Shown here in pieces: positions 1 through 10,105 of a stretch of DNA of 51,444 nt. Below the pieces are notes generated by a model. It was not told the DNA's origin. It did not search any database and worked only from the letters and a program-made list of their open reading frames with translations. Made by a program: the position numbers and the translations under genes. Source of the DNA: Planctomycetota bacterium (GTDB lineage: Bacteria; Planctomycetota; UBA1135); NCBI GenBank assembly GCA_029941685.1, contig JAPYTC010000003.1, positions 1 through 51,444 on the forward strand, in the 5' to 3' direction. Position 1 is the first letter of the stretch, and each line of letters starts with the position of its first letter.

Positions 1-30
1 GGCGAGGGGGTATTCTTTCGCCCCTACGAC

Positions 31-106
31 GGGGGGATAGCTCAGTTGGTAGAGCAGAGGATTGAAAATCCTCGAGTCGGCGGTTCAAGTCCGCCTCTCC
101 CCACCA
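31..106 (+). tRNA. tRNA-Phe (anticodon GAA)
   Basis: 76-nt cloverleaf read by eye. Acceptor GGGGGGA/TCTCCCC (one G-U). D arm GCTC-AGTTGGTA-GAGC. Anticodon arm GAGGA-TTGAAAA-TCCTC with GAA at 34-36. T arm GGCGG-TTCAAGT-CCGCC. Discriminator A and an encoded CCA. Confidence 0.93.
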
Positions 107-116
107 AAAAACGAAA

Positions 117-146
117 CCGACGACTTAATTGTCGTCGGTTTTTGTT
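117..146. terminator. Bidirectional intrinsic terminator hairpin between tRNA-Phe and the convergent CDS
   Basis: Perfect 8-bp stem CCGACGAC (117-124) / GTCGTCGG (131-138) with loop TTAATT. An A-run lies 5' and TTTTTGTTTTTG lies 3', so it reads as a terminator on both strands. The stop codon of the minus-strand CDS sits in the loop. Confidence 0.75.
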
Positions 147-1951
147 TTTGTGCCGCCCGCCATCATTGCTGCCAAATCTGGCGCAATGGTTGTGCCTGAA
201 GCTGATTTAACCTCTTGGACAATTGGCTTAGGCTCTGGAGTTGGCTCTAGCTTTACCTCCGCTACAACCTCTTCTTGGACCTCTTCTTCAACCACCTCGG
301 CGACTGCATCGTCTGAGTCTTCAACCTTTGGCTTGCCACGACGTTTTGGTTGACGCTTGACTTTCTTTTTCGCTTTCGGCTTTTCTTTAGTTTCCGCTTC
401 TTCTGAAGTTTCTGAGACCTCTTCGGTCGCTGCTACCTCGACGGCATCGGACTTGTCGTCGCCATCTTCTTTCGCGAACTTAGTCAGTGGCAGTGGATCA
501 ACTAATTTAGCTTTAGTTTGTTCACCCTCTTGTATTGTTGACTCACTTGACTCACTTGACTCACTTGACTCATCGTTTGATGCTGAACGACCACCGCGAC
601 CACGACCACCGCGACGGCGACGGCGACGTTGAGGAGTTTCATCTTCGTCACCTAAGTTTACGCTGCCAAGCTTTTTGGCGGCCTCGACATTTTCAAGCGG
701 GATTTCATCTTCCGGAATTTCTTCTGTCTCGGTAGAGGTTGATGATGTATCGCCTAAACGATTATCGCTGCTGCGACCACCGCGACTGCCACGACCACCG
801 CGACTGCCACGTGAACGACGTTGATCTTCTTCGTCAAGTGGCTCGATCATAGGTGGAGTCGGTTTGCCAACCAACTCTTCGTCCAAGAATACGCTAATGA
901 AATCTTCGACTTCGTCAAGAGACATTAAGGTCATGTCCAGCATGTCGGTCGCACGCTTACAAGTCGCAGAATCTGGCGGACGAATTAACAACAAGCCTGC
1001 TGAAGTGCGATCGGTGCCAAACGTTTTTACTAATCCACGGAAACGTGCACTGTAATCTTGCCAATGACCCGTTTTACATTCGATCCAAACAAGGCGGCCA
1101 TCTACACAAGCCATTAGGTCTGACTCAAACTCGCGGCCATCGCTAAATGAGCCCTTTACGTTGACCATTAACTGGAACTTAGCCGGGCTAATTGACGCGC
1201 GCAGGCGTTTGCCCATAATCGCGTTAACGTACATTTCGAGCCATCCACCTGTTAAGAACTGAGAGATTTCTCCATCTTTAGTAGGGATGACGCGTAGCTG
1301 TTTCTTTGGCGAGCGGTGGTAGTAAAAATCTTTGAGCATGCCGTGGCGATGCAACAAAGTGCCGAATTGGACTGCTGCCGAACGCTCGGCTGTTGACATG
1401 TGATCAATGTCGATGCGTTGTCCGCGACCGTTTGCTACACAGCGTTTTAGCTTTTCGTAAAACGGACTAAGTGCTGCAAAGTGAATGCCGAGGTGGCGAG
1501 CGAGATGCTCGAATGCCTCGTTGCGGTTGAGATCGTCTTGACCTTCGTAAACCCAGATGTCGCGCTCTTTTAAATAGTCGACTAACAAGCCAACTGGTGC
1601 ATCGTCTGGTACAGGTTTACGCTCGCGTGGTGTGCGAGGTTCGCTGCTGCGTGAATTACGCGAGTTGCGTGAATTACGACCGCGGTTACTGTCGTTTTGT
1701 GAACCGTTTATGTTGCGTGAGCCCCGGCTGTTTCTGCCGCCGCGGCGATTGCGGTTGTCGTTGTCGCGAGCACTACCCTCGGATGACAACGAATCTCCCC
1801 CACCGAGAGTATCTCGGAGGAGTGTTATTTCTTCTTTTAAAGCCCTTAATTCTTCGCTGAGTTCAGCAGAAGCAGGGGCTTGGTTCGAGGAGCGATTACG
1901 ATGTAGGTCGCTTGATTTTGCTCCTGAGAATAAGCGTTGGAACCAGCCCAT
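125..1951 (-). CDS. Card1/DUF1887-like PD-(D/E)xK nuclease-domain protein with RG/RGG-rich disordered N- and C-terminal regions
   Basis: 608-aa ORF. The folded core (about aa 118-360) carries GGWLEMYV and ESD-x12-IECKTG, a D...ExK restriction-endonuclease-like motif of the Card1/DUF1887 type. Flanks are low complexity: RNSRNSRNSR, GSRGGRGSRGGR, RRRRRRGGRGRGGR, SESSESSES and a KE-rich tail. The N-terminus MGWFQRLFSG is followed by a short coiled-coil-like segment. Confidence 0.6.
   Translation of the reverse strand: MGWFQRLFSGAKSSDLHRNRSSNQAPASAELSEELRALKEEITLLRDTLGGGDSLSSEGSARDNDNRNRRGGRNSRGSRNINGSQNDSNRGRNSRNSRNSRSSEPRTPRERKPVPDDAPVGLLVDYLKERDIWVYEGQDDLNRNEAFEHLARHLGIHFAALSPFYEKLKRCVANGRGQRIDIDHMSTAERSAAVQFGTLLHRHGMLKDFYYHRSPKKQLRVIPTKDGEISQFLTGGWLEMYVNAIMGKRLRASISPAKFQLMVNVKGSFSDGREFESDLMACVDGRLVWIECKTGHWQDYSARFRGLVKTFGTDRTSAGLLLIRPPDSATCKRATDMLDMTLMSLDEVEDFISVFLDEELVGKPTPPMIEPLDEEDQRRSRGSRGGRGSRGGRSSDNRLGDTSSTSTETEEIPEDEIPLENVEAAKKLGSVNLGDEDETPQRRRRRRGGRGRGGRSASNDESSESSESSESTIQEGEQTKAKLVDPLPLTKFAKEDGDDKSDAVEVAATEEVSETSEEAETKEKPKAKKKVKRQPKRRGKPKVEDSDDAVAEVVEEEVQEEVVAEVKLEPTPEPKPIVQEVKSASGTTIAPDLAAMMAGGTKTKTDDN
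538..572. repeat. 9-bp in-frame tandem repeat (about 3.9 copies of ACTCACTTG), encoding (SES)n on the minus strand
   Basis: ttg-actcacttg-actcacttg-actcacttg-actca read directly. It lies in the disordered C-terminal region of the 125..1951 CDS. Confidence 0.9.
774..809. repeat. Exact 18-bp tandem duplication (CGACCACCGCGACTGCCA x2), encoding GSRGGR-GSRGGR
   Basis: Two identical 18-mers at 774-791 and 792-809, inside the RG-rich region of the 125..1951 CDS. Confidence 0.9.
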
Positions 1952-2285
1952 TGGTGTATTATCAGGCTTTCTATTCGCATGTGCAAGTACTAAAATTAAA
2001 GTAAGTTAAATGATTGCAGTTCCCAACACGATTGTCCTCTTGCAAAGCTCCAAAAATCGCCTTAAAACGGGCTTAAAGCTGTGTTTAGCAGATACCGTGG
2101 CCATAATGAGGCGTGACTTAGCACTTGCTGAAAAACATCGTATCTCGCGCGCCTATAACGATGCTGGCGCACCCTGATCACTAACCGGTAAATAGATTGG
2201 TTTGCTTATTTGGTTACTTTACAGCAATGCTTAAATGGTTATATCAAGCTTATTATTCAATTCGTCGTGCGCTAAGATGAGTTAA

Positions 2286-4349
2286 ATGATTTCGCTTCTC
2301 CTAGCCCTTTTCGTTTTGCAGCACCCAACAAACCATCTCGAAAACGAAACCTCGCCCTACCTGTTGCAGCATGTACACAACCCTGTCAACTGGTATCCGT
2401 GGGGAGATGAGGCCATTGAGCGGGCAAAAGCCGAAAACAAGGTGATCTTCCTGAGTATTGGTTATTCGGCCTGCCACTGGTGTCATGTCATGGAGCGTGA
2501 GTCATTCGAGGATGAGACTACGGCAGAGTTTATGAACGAACATTTCATTTCCATTAAAGTTGATCGCGAAGAGCGTCCTGACCTTGATGATTTGTATATG
2601 ACGGCCGTACAGAAGATGACTGGCTCAGGTGGATGGCCGATGTCGGTGTGGCTGACACCTGACTTAAAACCTTTTTATGGCGGCACTTACTTCCCACCGG
2701 AGGCTAAATATGGGCGCCCTAGTTTTATGATGGTGCTTGAAAATCTATCTGAAGCATGGGATACCCGCCGTGACGAGGTTATCGCAGCCGCTGAATCGTT
2801 AAACGCTCAGCTACAGACCAATTTCCCGGATTTAGACAGTGAACAAACACTGCCTTCAGCGACTGATCTTGCCGTAATGCAAACTGCATGGGTTAATACA
2901 TATTGGTCGGTGTACGATCCTGTTGATGGCGGATTTGGCAAGGCACCGAAATTTCCGCATGCGACTGACTTGCGATTTTTGTTAAATATCGCCGGCACTC
3001 ATGCGGATGAAAAAACCGTTGCGCGCGCGAAAGAGATGTGTGAACTCACTCTGAAAAAGATGGCGAGTGCTGGGATGTACGATCAGCTCGCCGGCGGTTT
3101 CGCGCGATACTCGGTTGATGAAAAGTGGTTAATCCCCCACTTTGAAAAAATGCTTTATGACCAAGGCACTTTGATTCCGGCTTACTTGCTTGGCTATCAA
3201 TTAAACAAAGACCATGCATTCGCCACCATCGCTCGCGATAGCTGTGATTATTTGCTGCGCGAGATGCAAAGCCCTGACGGCGGGTTTTACAGCTCGACTG
3301 ATGCTGATTCAGAAGGTGAAGAGGGAAAGTATTTTGTTTGGACACCAGACGAAATTAAAGCCGAGTTAAGTGACGAACTGGCAGAGATTGCGATTGAGTA
3401 TTATGGAGTTAGCGAAAAAGGGAATTTCGAACACGGCAAATCTGCACTGACGAATTACACCACCACCAGTTATGACGAGTCGCAACTGCAAGAAATACGC
3501 AAAACTTTGCTCGCTGCACGTCAGCAGCGTGTTGCTCCAAATCTCGATGACAAAATTATCGCCGGCTGGAATGGCCTTGCGATAAACGCCTTAGCCGAAG
3601 CGAGTTGGGTGTTGCGCGAACCACGATACCTGCAAGCAGCAGAACGCGCGGCGGATTTCGTCCTTAGTGAAATGGTGGATGACAAGGATAATTTACTGCG
3701 GGCTTACCGTGCCGGGCGTGCGCAACATTCGGCGGTGCTTGAAGACTATTCTTATATGATGCGTGCGCTGCTGGCAATTTTTCAGGCGACTGGTGATGTT
3801 GCGCGTTTAAGTCAGGCGCAGAATTTAGCGGAGCGCATGATTGATTTGTTCTGGGATCCAAAGACCGGAATTTTCTTTGACAGCGATGGTTTGCAAAAAA
3901 ATGTTATTCATCGGCGTCAAACTCCGACCGATGGCGCGATCCCTTCAGCTAATGCGGTGGCAATTGAAGGCTTAGTTAAATTAGCTGCATTTACTGATAT
4001 CGAGCGCTTCCGGAAAATCGCTGTTGAGGGAATGCTGGCGACCCTGCCTTACAGCGAACGTGCTGCCCGTTCGTTCAGTGGCACATTCGTTTCGTACCCT
4101 TACTTGATTGAGCTGCCCGCGGTAGCGGTTGTTATTGGTAACGGCGCAACATCTTCACTTGCGGCGTGGCAAGGTGAATTATCAGCAACGCAATACTTCA
4201 ACACCCTGCCCGTCTTTAGCGCCGAGGCTCAAGCAGACTCAAAACTAGCGATTTTCACCAGCCGGACGGCGTCCAAAGGGGTGACTACCATGTATCTGTG
4301 TCGCGGACAACATTGTGATGCGCCTAGAACTTTGGCTTTGCCCGAATAA
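2286..4349 (+). CDS. Thioredoxin-domain protein, DUF255/YyaL family (thioredoxin-like N-domain plus N-acylglucosamine-2-epimerase-like alpha/alpha toroid)
   Basis: 687 aa. N-terminus [28 protein letters not shown]...[22 protein letters not shown] is the family signature. The long helical C-terminal part ends in a CRGQHCDAP motif. Confidence 0.9.
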   Translation: MISLLLALFVLQHPTNHLENETSPYLLQHVHNPVNWYPWGDEAIERAKAENKVIFLSIGYSACHWCHVMERESFEDETTAEFMNEHFISIKVDREERPDLDDLYMTAVQKMTGSGGWPMSVWLTPDLKPFYGGTYFPPEAKYGRPSFMMVLENLSEAWDTRRDEVIAAAESLNAQLQTNFPDLDSEQTLPSATDLAVMQTAWVNTYWSVYDPVDGGFGKAPKFPHATDLRFLLNIAGTHADEKTVARAKEMCELTLKKMASAGMYDQLAGGFARYSVDEKWLIPHFEKMLYDQGTLIPAYLLGYQLNKDHAFATIARDSCDYLLREMQSPDGGFYSSTDADSEGEEGKYFVWTPDEIKAELSDELAEIAIEYYGVSEKGNFEHGKSALTNYTTTSYDESQLQEIRKTLLAARQQRVAPNLDDKIIAGWNGLAINALAEASWVLREPRYLQAAERAADFVLSEMVDDKDNLLRAYRAGRAQHSAVLEDYSYMMRALLAIFQATGDVARLSQAQNLAERMIDLFWDPKTGIFFDSDGLQKNVIHRRQTPTDGAIPSANAVAIEGLVKLAAFTDIERFRKIAVEGMLATLPYSERAARSFSGTFVSYPYLIELPAVAVVIGNGATSSLAAWQGELSATQYFNTLPVFSAEAQADSKLAIFTSRTASKGVTTMYLCRGQHCDAPRTLALPE

Positions 4350-4372
4350 TAAAATGGCGCAAATGTAGAATA

Positions 4373-5359
4373 TTGGCCATGTCTGATGTGAACACTACCT
4401 TAACACTCGACGAAGTAGCTGAGCTATATCGTCGTCCGCTGCTCGATTTGGTTTTTGAAGCGGCGCGAATTCATCGTGCGAATCACGATCCGCGCGTGGT
4501 CCAGTGCTCGACTTTGTTATCGATTAAAACTGGCGCCTGCCAAGAAGATTGCAGCTACTGTTCACAATCGGCACACAACAATACCGATGTCGAACGCGAA
4601 AAATTACTCGAGCTCGATACCGTTGTTGATGCGGCAACCGAAGCCAAGCGCGGTGGTGCCGATCGTTTCTGTATGGGCGCGGCATGGCGTCAGGTAAAAG
4701 ACAACACCGACTTCGAACGTGTACTCGAAATGGTACGCCAGGTTAAGGCTCTCGATTTAGAAACTTGCGCGACGTTGGGCATGGTCACTAAAGAGCAAGC
4801 CGAAAAATTACGTGATGCTGGTTTAGATTACTACAATCACAACCTCGACACTTCACCTGAATATTACGGCGAGGTTATTACTACTCGCACCTATGAAGAT
4901 CGTCTGCGAACTTTGGCGGTGGTGCGCAGTGCTGGCATGAAGGTTTGTTGTGGCGGAATTTTAGGCATGGGTGAAAGTGAAGATGACCGCATTGGTTTGA
5001 TTCAACAGCTGGCTATGCAAGATCCTTACCCCGAGTCGGTACCGATCAACACTTTGATTCCGGTGGAAGGAACGCCCTTGGCGGATACTCCGTCGTTGCC
5101 ATGGACTGAACTGTTACGCGCAGTTGCGGTGTGTCGAATCTTGATGCCACAATCGATGGTTCGTCTCTCTGCCGGGCGTTCGGGTATGAGCGAAGAGTCG
5201 CAGGCTTTATGTTTCTTGGCCGGTGCAAATTCGATTTTCCTCGGCGACCAACTTCTTACTGCGCCAAATCGTAGTAAAAACTCTGATGTTGAGTTGTTTG
5301 ACATGCTTGGCCTTGAAGGCATCAATGAAGTTGAGTCCACAGAAACAATCGAAGTGTGA
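4373..5359 (+). CDS. bioB: Biotin synthase
   Basis: 328 aa. Radical-SAM CxxxCxxC motif ([11 protein letters not shown]). [12 protein letters not shown] and [10 protein letters not shown] motifs are typical of BioB. Confidence 0.95.
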   Translation: MAMSDVNTTLTLDEVAELYRRPLLDLVFEAARIHRANHDPRVVQCSTLLSIKTGACQEDCSYCSQSAHNNTDVEREKLLELDTVVDAATEAKRGGADRFCMGAAWRQVKDNTDFERVLEMVRQVKALDLETCATLGMVTKEQAEKLRDAGLDYYNHNLDTSPEYYGEVITTRTYEDRLRTLAVVRSAGMKVCCGGILGMGESEDDRIGLIQQLAMQDPYPESVPINTLIPVEGTPLADTPSLPWTELLRAVAVCRILMPQSMVRLSAGRSGMSEESQALCFLAGANSIFLGDQLLTAPNRSKNSDVELFDMLGLEGINEVESTETIEV

Positions 5360-7140
5360 ATAAAGACTTTCGCAGCGAGCTAAACGAGGTCGCCGCGCGT
5401 TGGCGCGACGCAGGTTTGGAGCGCAAACTTGTCGAGCCAAGCGGTATCGACTTCTCATCGAATGATTACTTAGGATTGTCAAAGAATCCGAGTGTAATTA
5501 AAGCAGCAATTGCGGCCGCTGAAGAATTCGGAGCTGGGGCGCCGTCCGCGCGGTTGCTTAGGGGCAACTACCCCATTCATCGTCAAGCCGAATTAACTGC
5601 TGCACAATTTGTTGGTACCGAAAACGCTTTATTGCTTCCGAGTGGGTGGCAAGCGAATCTGGCTATCGTTACAACTTTAGCAACGCAAGATGATGTGTTG
5701 ATTTGTGACGAACTAGTTCACGCCTCGCTAATTGATGCTTCACGTTTGAGTAAGGCGTGTGTAAAAATATTTAAGCACAACGATCTTGCAGCACTCGAGC
5801 AATGCTTGCAGTTAAGTTCGGCAATGCGCCAACGTTTCATCGTGGTCGAAGACATTTATTCTATGGATGGCGACCGCACACCGCTGCCGGGGATTATTGA
5901 GTTGTGCGAAAAGTACGACGCTTATGTGATTTTAGATTTAGCACATTCAGTTGGTTTGTATCCACCACGACACTTTCAGTCTAAACGGGTGATTACGCGC
6001 ATGGTTACTGGCGGCAAAGCGCTTGGCGTTGGCGGCGGAATCATTTGCGCGAGCGATGACGTGATTAATCATTTAATCAACCATGCGCGGCCTTTTTTGT
6101 TTACTACTGCGGTTCCGCCGGCGACTTGTGGCGCACTACAACGTTCGATGCAGTTGTTGCGTGAACAGCCTGGGTTGTGTGATATCGCACACCAAAACGC
6201 ACTACTATTACGCGAATTGTTAAAAGCTAAGGGCTTCGATTGCCTCGGCGAAGCCCCTATTGTCCCGTTGGTTGTGGGCAGCGCACAGGCAACGATTAAA
6301 GCATCGAATAAGTTAAGTGAGCTGGGCTTTGATGTACGTGCGATTCGTCCGCCGACTGTGGCTGAGGGCTCTAGCCGTTTGCGCATTGTGGTTCACGCCG
6401 ATCACACCACTAAACAAATTAGCGACTTAGCTGATGCTATTGCCCAATGCGTAGTGGTTGATGCCGATGTAAAGGTCGGTAAGCAACGATTAAATGATTT
6501 ACTAGTTGTCGGCACCGACACCGATGTCGGCAAGACGGTTATTTCAGCATTACTGATGCGTGCCGCTGCACGTTACGGCCATGGAGTAAGCTATCTAAAG
6601 CCAATTCAAACTGGTAAAGACAGCGACACTAATGCAGTGCAGCAATTGGCTGAAGCAAACGACTCGTCAATGTCGGCACCCTTAGTTGAGTTACGGCTAC
6701 CTGCTTCAGTTGATCAAGCCGCAGCTGCCGAGGGTGCGCACATCACTATCAACGACGTGCTGCCGAAAGTGCGCCAAGTAATCGCCGACAACGAATTAAC
6801 CGTAATAGAAACGGCTGGTGGCCTGTTGGTGCCTTGGAACAAGAAACAACATCAGGGTGACTTCGCGCAACGCTTAGGGATTGACGCGGTGTTAGTCACG
6901 CGCACCGGATTAGGCACACTAAATCACACTTTGCTCACCATCGAAGCATTGGTAAAACGTCATGTTAAATTGCGCGCGGTATTTATGGTTGGTGACCCAC
7001 ATCGCGAAAATAAAAATAGTATTCAAGCACAGATTCTTGACGTCCCAATTTTTGAATTCCCGTTGTTTAAGAAATTGAGCACTGCTAATTTAGATTTGTG
7101 GCTCGACACCGAAGATTTACAATTCTTATTTAAGAGGTGA
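5356..7140 (+). CDS. bioF/bioD: Fusion protein: 8-amino-7-oxononanoate synthase (BioF, about aa 1-370) plus dethiobiotin synthetase (BioD, about aa 385-594)
   Basis: 594 aa. The N-terminal half has [16 protein letters not shown] and the PLP-lysine context [12 protein letters not shown]. The C-terminal half has the BioD P-loop [18 protein letters not shown] and [11 protein letters not shown]. The GTG start overlaps the bioB stop (GTGA). Confidence 0.88.
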   Translation: MNKDFRSELNEVAARWRDAGLERKLVEPSGIDFSSNDYLGLSKNPSVIKAAIAAAEEFGAGAPSARLLRGNYPIHRQAELTAAQFVGTENALLLPSGWQANLAIVTTLATQDDVLICDELVHASLIDASRLSKACVKIFKHNDLAALEQCLQLSSAMRQRFIVVEDIYSMDGDRTPLPGIIELCEKYDAYVILDLAHSVGLYPPRHFQSKRVITRMVTGGKALGVGGGIICASDDVINHLINHARPFLFTTAVPPATCGALQRSMQLLREQPGLCDIAHQNALLLRELLKAKGFDCLGEAPIVPLVVGSAQATIKASNKLSELGFDVRAIRPPTVAEGSSRLRIVVHADHTTKQISDLADAIAQCVVVDADVKVGKQRLNDLLVVGTDTDVGKTVISALLMRAAARYGHGVSYLKPIQTGKDSDTNAVQQLAEANDSSMSAPLVELRLPASVDQAAAAEGAHITINDVLPKVRQVIADNELTVIETAGGLLVPWNKKQHQGDFAQRLGIDAVLVTRTGLGTLNHTLLTIEALVKRHVKLRAVFMVGDPHRENKNSIQAQILDVPIFEFPLFKKLSTANLDLWLDTEDLQFLFKR

Positions 7141-8405
7141 TGGCTAGCAACCTACAACAACGCGACGCGAAAGTTTGCTGGCATCCTTTTACGCAACATC
7201 AAATTGACCCGTTGCCGATGCCAGTTGTGTCAGCACACGATGCGACTTTGGTTTTAGAAGATGGCAGCACGCGCATTGATGCGATTTCTAGTTGGTGGTC
7301 GATTTTACATGGCCACTGCCGTCCAGAGTTAGCTGAGGTTTTGGCTGAGCAGGCGCAGTCGCTTGATCACGTTCTGTTTGCCGGATGCACTCACCAGCCG
7401 GCGGTTGAATTAGCCGAGCTGTTGATTGATGTTGCTCCTGATTCTTTATCGCGAGTTTTTTATTCAGACAACGGCTCGACTGCGGTTGAGATTGGGCTAA
7501 AGGCCGCTTATCAATCGTGGGTGCGGCGCGGACAAACACAGCGCACTACTTTTATCGCACTCGAGCATTCTTACCACGGCGATACTTTTGGTGCGATGGC
7601 CTTGGGTGACCCGGTGCCCTTCTTCAGCGAATTCGAACCGTTTTTGTTTGACGTTAAGCGCGTTGCGCCGACAGCCGATAGTTTACGGGCAACTCTCGAG
7701 CAACTAGGGGATCAGGCTTGTGCTTTTATTGTTGAGCCGCTAGTCCAGGGCGCTGCCGGAATGCAAATGCACTCAATTGAGTTTTTGCAAGCTGCCCGCG
7801 AGCTGTGTGACGCATTTGGCATTTACTTTATAGCTGACGAGGTCATGACCGGCTTCGGACGCACAGGTAATTTGTTCGCGTGCCAAACTGCAGGCGTCGA
7901 ACCAGACATCATGGCGGTGGCCAAAGGGTTGAGTGGTGGCATACTTCCGCTATCTGCCACGCTAGTAAGTGAGGACATCTACCAACATTTCCTCGATGAC
8001 GACCGTGCTAAGGCGTTTTTCCATGGCCATACCTTTACCGGCAATCCAATAGGCTGTGCAGTGTCTTTAAGGTCGCTCCAGCTCTGCATCAGCGAACAAA
8101 CTCCGCAACGTCTGCAGAAAATAGGAAATGTGATAGAATGTGCACTTGCGTCTCTGAGTGACCACCCGCGAATTGAAATTAGAAGGTGCGGCGGAATAGT
8201 TGCCATTGAGATAATTACCACTGATGGTGGTTATCTAGCCAGCGCTGGCGACATCCTGCGAAACGCTTGTAGAGAACTAGACGACGTCCTGCTTCGCCCT
8301 TTGGGTAATGTGTTGTATGCAATGCCACCGGCTTGCACCACCGAAGATGAATGTCAGATTATTGCTGATGCAATGATTAAGGTTGTCACACAAGTTGTGC
8401 AATAA
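7137..8405 (+). CDS. bioA: Adenosylmethionine-8-amino-7-oxononanoate aminotransferase
   Basis: 422 aa. CWHPFTQH, SSWWSILHGH, YHGDTFGAM, ADEVMTGFGRTG and AVAKGLSGG (PLP Lys). The start is GTG 7137 or, more likely, ATG 7140 overlapping the bioFD stop (TGATG). Confidence 0.93.
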   Translation: MMASNLQQRDAKVCWHPFTQHQIDPLPMPVVSAHDATLVLEDGSTRIDAISSWWSILHGHCRPELAEVLAEQAQSLDHVLFAGCTHQPAVELAELLIDVAPDSLSRVFYSDNGSTAVEIGLKAAYQSWVRRGQTQRTTFIALEHSYHGDTFGAMALGDPVPFFSEFEPFLFDVKRVAPTADSLRATLEQLGDQACAFIVEPLVQGAAGMQMHSIEFLQAARELCDAFGIYFIADEVMTGFGRTGNLFACQTAGVEPDIMAVAKGLSGGILPLSATLVSEDIYQHFLDDDRAKAFFHGHTFTGNPIGCAVSLRSLQLCISEQTPQRLQKIGNVIECALASLSDHPRIEIRRCGGIVAIEIITTDGGYLASAGDILRNACRELDDVLLRPLGNVLYAMPPACTTEDECQIIADAMIKVVTQVVQ

Positions 8406-8418
8406 CACCAATAAAATC

Positions 8419-10101
8419 ATGACATCACTTAAGTTCAATGAGCTGGGGCTTCCAGCTGCAATGGTCGATTCCTTAGAGAGTTTTGGCTACGAAAACCCGT
8501 CTCCTATTCAGGCCGAGGCGATTCCATATTTACTCGAGAAGCGCGACATCATTGGTCAGGCGCAAACAGGTACGGGTAAAACCGCTGCCTTTGCTTTGCC
8601 GATTTTGGCTAATATCGATTTGAGCAACCGCGTGCCCCAAGTATTGGTGCTGGCGCCAACTCGCGAATTGGCGATTCAAGTTGCTGAGTCATTTCAGAAG
8701 TATGCGCGCTCTTTGCCTGGTTTTCATGTGCTACCAATTTATGGTGGCCAAGCTTACCAACACCAGTTGCGCCCTCTGAAGAAAGGCGTGCACGTTGTTG
8801 TTGGTACTCCGGGACGCGTGCTTGACCATATTAAGCGCGGCACTCTCAAGCTCGACCAACTAACCACTTTGGTTCTTGACGAGGCCGACGAAATGTTGCG
8901 CATGGGTTTCATTGACGATGTTAATTTCGTTCTCGAAAATTGCCCTGACGATCGTCAAATTGCTTTGTTCTCGGCGACTATGCCAAGAGAGATTAAGAAG
9001 ATTGCTGACAAGTATCTCAACTCTCCGGCTGAAGTAAAAATCAAGGCTGTACAAGCTACCGCCGACACCATTAATCAACGGTACCAAATTGTCACTGGTC
9101 GCAAAAAGATTGACGCCCTTGGTCGCTTGTTAGAATTCGAAGAAGTTGACGCAATGATTGTGTTTGTACGTACCAAAAACGCTACCACTATCATTTCCGA
9201 ACAACTCGAAGCCCGCGGATATGCTTCGGCACCACTAAATGGCGATATTCAGCAAGCGCAGCGTGAGCAAACCATCAAGCGCCTAAAGAATGGCGCGCTT
9301 GATATAATTATTGCTACCGACGTTGCGGCGCGTGGCCTTGACGTACTTCGTGTTAGTCACGTAGTTAATTACGATGCGCCGACTGACCCAGAGTCATACG
9401 TGCACCGTATCGGACGCACCGGACGTGCCGGCTGTACCGGTGAAGCAATTTTGTTTGTAACACCTCGCGAAAAGCGTTTGTTACGCATGCTTGAAAAAGT
9501 AACAAGGGCCGACATCAAGCCGATGAAGATGCCGACCACCGATGAAATCAACGAGCAGCGTATCGACCGCTTCAAAAATGAAATTTCTGCGGTTATCGAA
9601 GACGACACGCTTGAATTCAACCTACGCTTGATTGATAGTTACCTGACTGACCACCCAGAAACTGAAGCAGTAAATGTTGCGGCTGCTTTGGCATTTATCG
9701 CGCAAGGGAAAAAGCCGTTGTTGATTTCGAAAACCGAATTAGTGAGAGACGAAAACTTTGCAGCAGAGCGCAACCAACGCGAGCCGCGCGACAGTCGCGG
9801 TCGTGGACGCGAAGATCGAGGTCCGCGTCACGATAAGCGTGGAGGCAAAGTTGAAAAGTCATCAGAAGATGGCATGGAACGCTTCCGAATTGAAATTGGA
9901 CATCGCGATCAAGTGCGTCCAGGGTCTATTGTGGCGGTGATTGCCAAGACTTCTGGCTTGCAGGGCAAGCATATTGGCCGCATAGAAATTTACGACAATT
10001 TTGCAACTGTTGATTTGCCAAAGGGCATGCCGACTGATGTGTTAGACGACTTGAGCTACGTTAAGATTAATAACCGTTCCTTAAAGATGTCCCGCATTTA
10101 G
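8419..10101 (+). CDS. deaD: DEAD-box ATP-dependent RNA helicase (DeaD/CsdA-like) with an RG-rich linker and a DbpA-type C-terminal RNA-binding domain
   Basis: Motifs AQTGTGKT, PTRELA, DEAD, SAT and HRIGRTGRAG, with C-terminal ERFRIEIGHRDQVRPGSIV. I prefer ATG 8419 (MTSLKFNELGL) over the track start 8383, which would overlap bioA. Confidence 0.9.
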   Translation: MTSLKFNELGLPAAMVDSLESFGYENPSPIQAEAIPYLLEKRDIIGQAQTGTGKTAAFALPILANIDLSNRVPQVLVLAPTRELAIQVAESFQKYARSLPGFHVLPIYGGQAYQHQLRPLKKGVHVVVGTPGRVLDHIKRGTLKLDQLTTLVLDEADEMLRMGFIDDVNFVLENCPDDRQIALFSATMPREIKKIADKYLNSPAEVKIKAVQATADTINQRYQIVTGRKKIDALGRLLEFEEVDAMIVFVRTKNATTIISEQLEARGYASAPLNGDIQQAQREQTIKRLKNGALDIIIATDVAARGLDVLRVSHVVNYDAPTDPESYVHRIGRTGRAGCTGEAILFVTPREKRLLRMLEKVTRADIKPMKMPTTDEINEQRIDRFKNEISAVIEDDTLEFNLRLIDSYLTDHPETEAVNVAAALAFIAQGKKPLLISKTELVRDENFAAERNQREPRDSRGRGREDRGPRHDKRGGKVEKSSEDGMERFRIEIGHRDQVRPGSIVAVIAKTSGLQGKHIGRIEIYDNFATVDLPKGMPTDVLDDLSYVKINNRSLKMSRI

Positions 10102-10105
10102 CCTA

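Noticed and set aside
129-2009. Plus-strand ORFs (74-125 aa) opposite the nuclease-like gene, rich in S/T/R/C repeats
   Set aside because: These are mirror-image low-complexity shadows of the RG/SE-rich coding repeats on the minus strand. They have no independent support.
8383-8418. Upstream start (8383) for the DEAD-box helicase, and similar long N-terminal extensions at 10732, 36660, 39887 and 18100
   Set aside because: The extensions overlap the preceding gene or add non-homologous residues before a typical N-terminus or signal peptide. Internal ATG codons fit better: 8419, 10759 with an AAAGAGG SD, 36612, 39920, and 18043 or 18004.
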